This document shows positions 55,901 to 64,000 of a DNA stretch of 64,000 nucleotides, in pieces. Source of the stretch: Antedon mediterranea (lineage: Eukaryota > Animalia > Echinodermata). The stretch lies in contig NC_092676.1 of the NCBI RefSeq assembly GCF_964355755.1, forward strand, positions 22,896,871 to 22,960,870, read 5' to 3'. The first letter of the stretch is position 1. The number at the start of each line of letters is the position of its first letter. Both the position numbers and the translations under genes were made by a program. The notes under the pieces were generated by a model. That model saw nothing but the letters and a program-made list of their open reading frames with translations. It had not been told where the DNA came from and ran no database searches.

Positions 55901-58900
55901 CTGGAATAAATTGTGAAACACCACCGGCCGGTGAGTTAAATTGCCAAACTTATCTTATGAAACAGTAATGAGATTAGAAAGACTGAAAGTTTCCATTCTA
56001 AAATATAAGGGAAAAACATAAAATCGTTTTATTATTTTAAAACGTTTATTGTCTACCAATTGCCAATATAATCATATTGTATACAGTATATTGATGATAT
56101 AAAGTTTGCGGTACAGCAGGTATATTAGTTCTGAAAATAACTGTTCGAGTTTCTCGACGTTTCGATCAATATGCTACTGTAAACGATCAAGCATATTGAT
56201 CGAAACGTCGAGAGACTCAAGAGTTCTTTTCAGAATTAATTACGTGGTATACCGCAAACTTTATATCAACATTTGATTTTGCTATACAAAACTTCACACA
56301 ACATATTGTTTTTTTTTCCTTATTCTTTGTCATTTTTAAATCAGGTGGTTTCTGTTCAAGTAATCCGTGTATAAATGGAGGAAATTGCATTGGCTATTCT
56401 TTTGGATATTTCTGCGAATGCAGCAATGCTTTCACTGGAATCAATTGTGAGACAGCACCAACTCGTAAGTTCACGTAAAACAATAGCATTTTAAATAGAT
56501 ATAGCAAGTACGAATAATATGAATGCGAAAGGTACAGGAAGAAAAACAAATTAAAACAGGGATACTAATTTTAATGAATAACATGTGCGACAAACCTAAA
56601 CAAATATCTGAATTATCCTTTTCATATTATCGTCTGCCTGTAATATTGTTATCAATTTAAATTTAAACATAATCATAAGTGCATGCATTGTACAATTTAC
56701 TGAAGATCGTAATCTTCATTATTTCAGCCTCTGGCGAGTGCCTCAATGCCCCTTGCATAAATGGTGGAACTTGTATAACATCTGGGAATTGGTACATGTG
56801 TATCTGCCCGCCTGATTATATGGGAGACCGGTGTGAAACAGGTAAGTTCCCATGTATATTCTTTCCACTATTAAGAGTACCCGTTTGAACATTATGTTTA
56901 TGTGGAAGCAAAAAGCCTATGACAATCATCGTTCTTTTTATATAGACCTTTTGTCAATAGTTTCCTCTAGAACAGTTTGTTATTAATAAATAAATAACTA
57001 ATACATTACAATGTTGCACTCTTTTTAAAACCTGAATTATAATACAATCGTTATACTTATCTCTTAGTGAATTAACAATTAAAATATTCATATTTTGAAC
57101 GAAAACAATTTCTGAAACTGAAACTATCCTAATAAATACAAACACAATTATTTTGTTAAAATGTTACATGCAAACTAAACCATTATGTCTATTAAAATGT
57201 AAATGCAACTATAAAGTTTCTTTTTTTTTATAGGAGGTACTATGCCATGTGCCAACTTTCCATGTCTTAACGGTGGTTCATGTACCAATGTGGACACTAA
57301 TACTTACATATGCGCATGCTTGCCAGACTACTCCGGCACAAACTGTGAAATAGATAACACACCAAGTGAGTCATTCCAAATATTTTTTTCATCAAATCAT
57401 TATTTCAAGTCAAATCATTGGCGGTCACTTGTTCCATTATGCAATATTGAGGTAGAAGCATTTGCATCTTCAATGTTGACCACATTTGTTTTATTAAATC
57501 GTATTTCTCCAATACAATTTTCTCACAATTTTAACCTTGCATTGCTTAATAAGCATAACATTTTAAGCATCGTCTACGATCTTTCTATTACGGTTGTTTA
57601 TGATACATGATTTTTTGCAAATAGTAACATGCCACAGACAATCATATATCGTAAAAGCTCGAGTTCTATTTATATTCAATATAGAGAGATTGGGCGAAAT
57701 TTTAAAAAGCTCGCCTCTCTCTCGCTATCTGCATTTTCATATTTTTCTCAGTTTCTGAACGTTAATTAATTACTTTTGTTAAAAATGTAGCTCTTCCATG
57801 TGACAGCAGCCCATGTATAAATGGGGGATTGTGTTCAAGCATCGGTTCTTCCTTCTACAGTTGTACATGCCCTACTAACTATTCGGGAACGAATTGTGAA
57901 ACTTATACGCCACCAACAGGTAAACTGATTTTATGGAATTACAAATTGGACGGTATAGTTATAGGTACTGCCATCGACTGGAATCATCTACCAGATAAGG
58001 TTGTAAATTGTACTTCTATTCTGGAATTCAAAACCCATATTGTCCAAACTTAATTAAATAGGGTACCCCTTGTCACAACTTACTCTCTGGGGGTCTCTGT
58101 CTTGGTGACAGCTCGCTGGGCAACTGGATGGCTGAGGCGGGGTAAATGGGTATCCAGCTACTTTATTCTGCCTCCTAGGTAGCGGCCCAGGAAAGTGATA
58201 GCGGTTGGCACGGACGGTAGACTTCCATAGTGTTAATGTTGGGTACAGTTTACTCTTTTTTTTACTCTTTACAAGGTGTCTGAATACAATACAATTATAT
58301 AATAGATAGGATAGATCCAATAACTTTAAAAAAAGAGATAAGGGAAAGGGAAGAAAAGAGAGAAAGAAAAGTGAAAGGAGAAGTAAGGGGAAAAAAAAAA
58401 AAGAAAAAAAAAAAAAAAAAAAAAAAATTAAAAAATTAAAAAAAATAATAATAATAATAATGATAATTAATAATAATAATTATAAATAAATAAGGCAGTC
58501 AGTTTCTCTCTGTAAAAGAATAACTAAATAGAACAATAATACACAACCAAATACAGTAGAGCTAGCAAAACAGAGTTGGAGGAGCAGAGTCTTCACATAT
58601 GAAGTTGGCTCCTAATATGAAGAAGAAGAAGAAGGTATAGTTATAGGTATAGCCAAATTAAGCATTAATAAAGCAGAATTGATGTCGGACTTTCCCGAAG
58701 TCTGTTTTCACGCTAGTCCACCAGTCGTTGTTTCTATTTTTCTAACGTATGAAACGCCGTTAATGTCAACATATTTATCCTTTTTATAATATTAAGTAGA
58801 ACAGTCTAGAACCTATACATATATTATTGTGTATGTAACGCTGTTTTGCCACGTAAATACGTATTTAATGTCATCACATTTGTCATTTACCTATTCATTT

Positions 58901-61504
58901 AAAAAAACAAATAATTTTACAGGAGAGGGTGAATGCGCACGAGCTCCTTGTCAGAACGGTGGATTGTGCCAAACCTCAGGGACATGGTACATCTGTATGT
59001 GTCCTCCGGAGTATATTGGTTATGACTGTCAAACGCCAACCGGTAAATTATTTCAACTCTGTATTTGATATTCTAGGGGATACTGTACATGTTACTTAAA
59101 TAACATAAACTACCAGAGGTGATTGTAGACGATTGATTTTTCAGATGAACAATTAAACTATTTACTTCTTATTCAAAAATAGAATAGGAATGTTTAAATA
59201 ATGACTTTAGTAAGACAATTATTTTGTGTTGGTAGATCGAAATATTTCTGTTTTGTTGCAGATGGGTCAGCGGCTTGCAATTCTATGCCATGTCTGAATG
59301 GTGGTACATGTACAAATGTTGGCACATCATCATTTAGCTGTGATTGTCAAATGTATTACTCTGGTACTACCTGTGATGTATATACGCCACCAAGTAAGTG
59401 ATTTCAATACAATATGACAGTATTTTGGGCCTACAGTTGTAAAACACTCATAAATAATGTTTTGCGAAAATAACATTAACTGCTATTTAACCATTAAGCT
59501 TTGAACAATCTGTTTGCATGTTACAATAGTAAGCGTTGTTAGTGAACACTATATGCAATAAAAGTTATGTAACTGCACAGCATTCTTAATTTAATGGAAG
59601 GGCAATAGCTATCCCTCAATATATTTTAATTCTATGGAACAATATGTTTGTTTGTTTTGAAATCTGGGGTTTGAGAATAATACACCTATAAAAATGGTGA
59701 ATTGTAAACATTTTAGAAATCTTTTCACTTTTCCAGAAATATCATTAATATTAACTATGTTTTATGTTTATTTTCAGCATCAGCATGCTCCAGTAACCCT
59801 TGTCGTAACGGTGGATTGTGTACATCTATTGAACCTACCAGTTACATGTGCGATTGTGCAATCAACTACTCGGGAAGCAACTGTGAAACATACACGCCAC
59901 CTACCGGTGAGTAATTTGCTTATAAACATTCTCCCTTCTCTCCCAACATTTAAGAAATATTAAGCCATCTCCATCAGAAAGTATAGTTGTAGTATATTTT
60001 TAGAGAAGAGTATAGTAAATGTAGTTCATGGTTGCTCTTTTTAGCATCTTATTGAATTTTGAGGTTAGGATGTGGTAGAAAACTGCACGGATTGTCAAGT
60101 TCATAATTATATCTATTGTTTAGTTATGTTTTGTTTATATATTTTTATTAAATCTGTTTATTTTTTATATCAAGAAGCTTTTAAACTCCCTAGACGCAAA
60201 TAAACTACGCATTAATTGGACGTATACCGTATAGTAAAATGAACTTTCTTTTTCATAAACATGTTCCTATACTTTTGCAGATGGAGAGTGCTCTCGAGGT
60301 CCCTGCCAAAATGGTGGTACATGTATGACATCGGGCACGTGGTACACATGTACCTGTACCTCATCCTATGAAGGATATAATTGCGACACACCCACTGGTA
60401 AAAGACCATATTTGTAAAAATACCTTTATAACAATACAACAATAATATACCATACTAAATGATAGAGGGCGGGTAGATTAATCAAAAGACTAATATGTTA
60501 AACAAAATTAATAAACAAATAAACTAATTTATAGAGGGCGTACTATCCGGTTAAGCTGAAGCTATTTCCACTACCTTGTTTCAATGACCTGGTTGTTTCT
60601 TTGAGGGTTACGATTTGCTTTATAACCAGGAAATGAGATTGTCGATGAATTAGACTAATAATCAAATAAATTTAGCACAGTAACTTTCACTTGTTTCATT
60701 CAATAGGCGTCACGGATCCGTGCTCCAATTCTCTATGTCAAAATGGTGCCACTTGTATAGTTAATGGAGATAGCTACAACTGCGCATGCTTGGCAGACTA
60801 TGAGGGAACGTATTGTGATGTCTATAACCCAGGTAATTAGTTTTAATTAAATATTATGACGCATGCATGTTATGTCTGACCTATATCACACACTAGTCCA
60901 ATATATTATAATTTATTATTAATGTAATTATTCATGATAAACAAATACACTTCTAAATAAATTTAAAAATGTATTTCCTCAAACAGGTACTAATGCTTGT
61001 TCAACCTCCCCATGCCGTAATGGCGCCACCTGTGCCATTGTTGGATTTAGCTATATGTGTACGTGTATGAATGGGTACGAGGGAACTAACTGTGAAACAT
61101 TTAACCCAGGTACTGTATTATAAACGTTAAGACGTGAAATATTTTCTGCGGTTAATATTCTTGCATATAGTTATATAATATGCAATAGTTATTTAGATCC
61201 TTCATTCAATCGTTAAGCTACATGGTGATATTTCTATTACGTCATTTTATAATGCTTGGTGTAGAGGACCACGTTAGGTCCGTGTTATTGAGTTTGACGT
61301 ATCATCAACCAAACCACCAGTAGTTGGTCTACATACATCGTTATTGCATAACATATAGCAAATTTATAATCTGCTTGCATTTTAGGTGAAGTGTTCTCTT
61401 GTGCGCCGAATCCTTGTGTAAACAATGGTGTTTGCACTCCTTCTGGGAATTCATATGTTTGCAACTGCTTGCCAGGATATACAGGTTATAATTGTGACCA
61501 GTAG
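37945..61504 (+). CDS. Gene 3: Knickkopf/Skeletor-like paralog with ~27 C-terminal EGF repeats, predicted secreted
   Basis: Signal exon 37945-38002 ([19 protein letters not shown]). Exons start near 39607, 40140, 40706, 41283, 41740, 42212, 42785, 47195, 47769, 48130, 48670, 49383, 49664 and 50252, matching gene 2 exon for exon. Then come 24 EGF exons from ~50923 to ~61386, three of which carry two EGFs. The protein ends ..GYTGYNCDQ* with TAG at 61502-61504. No hydrophobic C-terminal segment. Confidence 0.85.
38334..38378 (-). ncRNA. Minimal type I hammerhead ribozyme
   Basis: The minus strand reads CUGCA-CUGACGA-GAUCU-AAUA-AGAUC-GAAA-CAGUACUG-UC-UGCAG. This gives a 5-bp stem I, the CUGANGA box, a 5-bp stem II, the GAAA box, a palindromic stem III and a GUC cleavage triplet. 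Confidence 0.85.
38334..38670. mobile_element. Penelope-like/retrozyme relic with inverted partial duplication
   Basis: A 25-bp perfect inverted repeat (38361-38385 vs 38434-38458) duplicates half of the hammerhead. A second, degenerate hammerhead lies on + at ~38533-38569 (GCA CTGATGA AGGG..CCC AAAA GCTC TGC). Confidence 0.55.
44560..46210. repeat. Degenerate internal tandem repeats of the Sola3-like element
   Basis: Recurrent blocks CCTTAGTTATGCATAGAAACAGTT, TTCACAAGGTCA, GGATTCAGTA and CATGAAA(A)CCC. Confidence 0.6.
44793..45323. mobile_element. Nested Tc1/mariner (pogo-like) MITE
   Basis: TA-CAG...CTG-TA ends. The right TIR reads CAGTTGAACCTCCCATAAG and the left is imperfect (CAGCGGCCACCTCCCTTAAC). 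It interrupts one host repeat unit between CATGAAAACCCC and CCTTAGTTATGC. Confidence 0.55.
51300..51420 (-). mobile_element. 3' fragment of an RTE-like LINE
   Basis: The minus strand encodes [27 protein letters not shown], similar to an RTE ORF C-terminus, followed by a (TAAG)n tail. Confidence 0.55.
52120..52335. repeat. Degenerate ~20-bp minisatellite (GTTGATACCCATGCCTAC-like)
   Basis: About 9 diverged units. Confidence 0.6.
53831..55495 (+). repeat. Tandem duplication of seven EGF exon+intron units
   Basis: Exons [39 protein letters not shown] start near 53831, 54072, 54314, 54555, 54838, 55105 and 55374. The first units have a 241-242 bp period with near-identical introns. Confidence 0.92.
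56092..56271. mobile_element. Palindromic Penelope-like relic with partial hammerhead halves
   Basis: GATATAAAGTTTGCGGTA..TACCGCAAACTTTATATC and CTCGACGTTTCGATCAATATGCT..AGCATATTGATCGAAACGTCGAG are nested inverted repeats. GATCAA-GCATA-TTGATC-GAAA-CGTC is the 3' half of a minimal hammerhead. Confidence 0.55.
57968..58633 (+). mobile_element. 5'-truncated non-LTR retrotransposon with 16-bp TSD
   Basis: TSD GGTATAGTTATAGGTA at 57952-57967 and 58634-58649. It begins with [24 protein letters not shown], the WNxLP..FK C-terminal motif of CR1/L2/RTE-X type ORF2. It ends in a hairpin and a (GAA)n tail. Confidence 0.8.
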
Positions 61505-61842
61505 TTTTTATGGTTCAACCATGAACCTATAAATTATTTAATAAGTTATCAATAATATTGTTTTTTTTTACTACCATCCTCATCGAAGAATATCATGTAT
61601 TGTGTTCACTATCATCGCTTTGGTCATCTTCGTTTTATGATGGTTACTATTATTATACCAAGAATTACTGACAAAATGTTGTATTGACTCCAAGAAGAGT
61701 GAGATTACGTTATCCTCTTTAAAAAAAAACGAAAACTTTTAACTCTGTTGATAAACATTTTACCTCAATATGTGTGACATGCGTAAAATCACTTAAGTCG
61801 TTCTGAGCATGTTATATCAAATTGCTAATATATTGCGTTACT

Positions 61843-63966
61843 AAAGTACAGGGATTTTTTTTCAAAAATGGCCAAAATATCAATAACATTATTATATATT
61901 ATGCAATAATATTCCATATATGCACATATATTGCGTTATCATCATCTTAGAGAGTCATAGTAACCAGTTATGTAAAAAAAAAAAAGGGTCTAAATTTGGT
62001 CATTTTTCGAAAATTTCCCTGTACTGTAGTACAGGGATTTTTTCAAAATTGGCCTAAATATCGAATTAAATTATTATGTAATAATATTGTCATATATACA
62101 AAATATCGAATTTAATTATTATGCAATAATATTGCCATATATGCACATATATTGCGTTATCATCATCTTAGAGAGTCATAGTAACCAGTTTGTCAAAAAT
62201 AAAAGGGTCGGAACTTTCGACCCTTTAATTTTTTGACATAAATGGTTACTATTGCATAATAAACAAGCGCAGAGATGAATAATGGGTTCTGCGCAAGTCC
62301 ATTGTGCTATGGTAACCATTTATGTCATAAATGGTTACTATAGCATAATAAACTTGCGCAGAGTCGACTAATGGGTTCTGCGCATGTTAATTGTGCTAGA
62401 GTAACCAGTTTTATCGAAAAATAAAAAGGTCGAAAATTGGTCATTTTTTTTGAAAAAATCCCTGTACAGTACAGGGAAATTTTCGAAAATGGACGATTTT
62501 CGACCCTTTAATTTTTTGACATAAATGGTTACTATTGCATAATAAACAAGCGCAGAGACGAATAATGGGTTCTGCGCATGTCAATTGTGCTATGATAACC
62601 AGTTTTGACATAAATGGTTACTATAGCCTAATAAACATGCGCAGAGTCGACTAATGGGTTCTGCGCATGTTAATTGTGCTATAGTAACCAGTTTTATCGA
62701 AAAATAAAAAGGTCGAAAATTGGTCATTTTTTTTGAAAAAATCCTGTACAGTACAGGGAAATTTTCGAAAATGGACGATTTTCGACCCTTTAATTTTTTG
62801 ACGTAAATGGTTACTATTGCATAATAAACAAGCGCAGAGACGAATAATGGGTTCTGCGCATGTCAATTGTGCTATGATAACCAGTTTTGACATAAATGGT
62901 TACTATAGCCTAATAAACATGCGCAGAGTCGACTAATGGGTTTTGCGCATGTTAATTGTGCTATAGTAACCAGTTTTATCGAAAAATAAAAAGGTCGAAA
63001 ATTAGCCATTTTTTTTGAAAAAAATGCCTGTACTATAGTACAGGGAAATTTTCGAAAATGTCCGTTTTCGACCCTTTAATTTTTTGACATAAATTGTTAC
63101 TATAGCATAATAAACATGCGCAGAGTTGACTAATGGGTTCTGCGCATGTTAATTGTGCTATAGTAACCACTTTTGACATAAATGGTTACAATAGCACAAT
63201 TGACATGCGCAGAACCCATTATTCGACTCTGCGCATGTTTATTATGCTATAGTAACCATTTATGTCAAAAGTGGTTACTTTTGACATAAATGGTTACTAT
63301 AGCATAATAAACATGCGCAGAGTCGAATAATGGGTTCTGCGCATGTCAATTGTGCTATAGTAACCAGTTTTATCGAAAAATAAAAAGGTCAAAAATTGGC
63401 AATTTTTTGGAAAAAATCCCTGTACTATAGTACAGGGAAATTTTCGAAAATGGCCGATTTTCGACCTTTTAATTTTTTGACATAAATGGTTACTATAGCA
63501 TAATAAACAAGCGCACATACGAATAATGGGTTCTACGCATGTCAATTGTGCTATCATAACCACTTTTGACATAAATGGTTACTATAGCACAATTGACATG
63601 CGCAGAACCCATTATTCGACTCAATTGTGCTATAGTAACCACTTTTGACATAAATGGTTACTATAGCACAATTGACATGCGCAGAACCCATTATTCGACT
63701 CTGCGTATGTTTATTATGCTATAGTAACCATTTATGTCAAAAGTGGTTATGATAGCACAATTGGCATGCGCAGAACCCACTATTCGTATGTGCGCTTGTT
63801 TATTATGCAATAGTAACCAGTTATGTAAAAAAAAAAGGGGTCGAAATTTGGTCATTTTTCGAAAATGGCCAAAATATCGACTTTTTAAAATTCAATTATT
63901 ATGCAATAATATTGCCATATATGCACGCGTTATCATTGTCTTATAGAGTCATAGTAACCAGTTATA
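61843..63966. repeat. Array of stacked palindromes (~283-bp higher-order unit)
   Basis: Marker GACC(C/T)TTTAATTTTTTGAC at 62219, 62502, 62784, 63070 and 63463. Units combine ~80-bp hairpins (TGGTTACTATAGCA..ACATGCGCAGA..TCTGCGCATGT..TGCTATAGTAACCA) with ~100-bp hairpins (GGTCGAAAAT..CCCTGTAC.GTACAGGG..ATTTTCGACC). Confidence 0.85.
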
Positions 63967-64000
63967 TCTAGAAAATCAATGTAAACTACAGTACAATTAG

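Noticed and set aside
5474-61504. Calling the EGF arrays Notch, Crumbs, Delta/Jagged or fibropellin
   Set aside because: No LNR, ankyrin, DSL, laminin G, CUB, avidin or transmembrane exons were seen. The N-termini are Reeler or DM13-DOMON.
61843-63966. CRISPR array or coding ORFs (62651, 63297, 63734)
   Set aside because: The context is eukaryotic, there are no unique spacers or cas genes, and the ORFs are translations of the repeat.

Overview
AT-rich animal genomic DNA with GT-AG introns, most consistent with a marine invertebrate; the species cannot be determined. It holds three head-to-tail multi-exon genes on the + strand, each with its own signal-peptide exon. Gene 1 (~384-25092) is Reeler + ~34 single-exon EGF repeats + one follistatin/Kazal module, with an unresolved 3' end. 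Gene 2 (27419-36975) is Knickkopf/Skeletor-like: 2xDM13, DOMON and the conserved C-terminal domain, plus one EGF. Gene 3 (37945-61504) is a paralog of gene 2 with a tail of ~27 EGFs that includes very recent tandem exon duplications; it has no transmembrane segment. Introns carry a complete minimal hammerhead ribozyme (38334-38378, minus strand), Penelope-like inverted relics, a 3.9 kb TTAA/GAG..CTC Sola3-like element with a nested MITE, two Helentron-type (HINE) elements, a P-like MITE with perfect 40-bp TIRs, piggyBac- and Harbinger-like MITEs and truncated LINEs. A ~2.1 kb array of stacked palindromes lies at the end of the window. Exon coordinates were read by eye and may be a few nt off. 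Most short ORFs in the track are exon-plus-intron read-through or noise.
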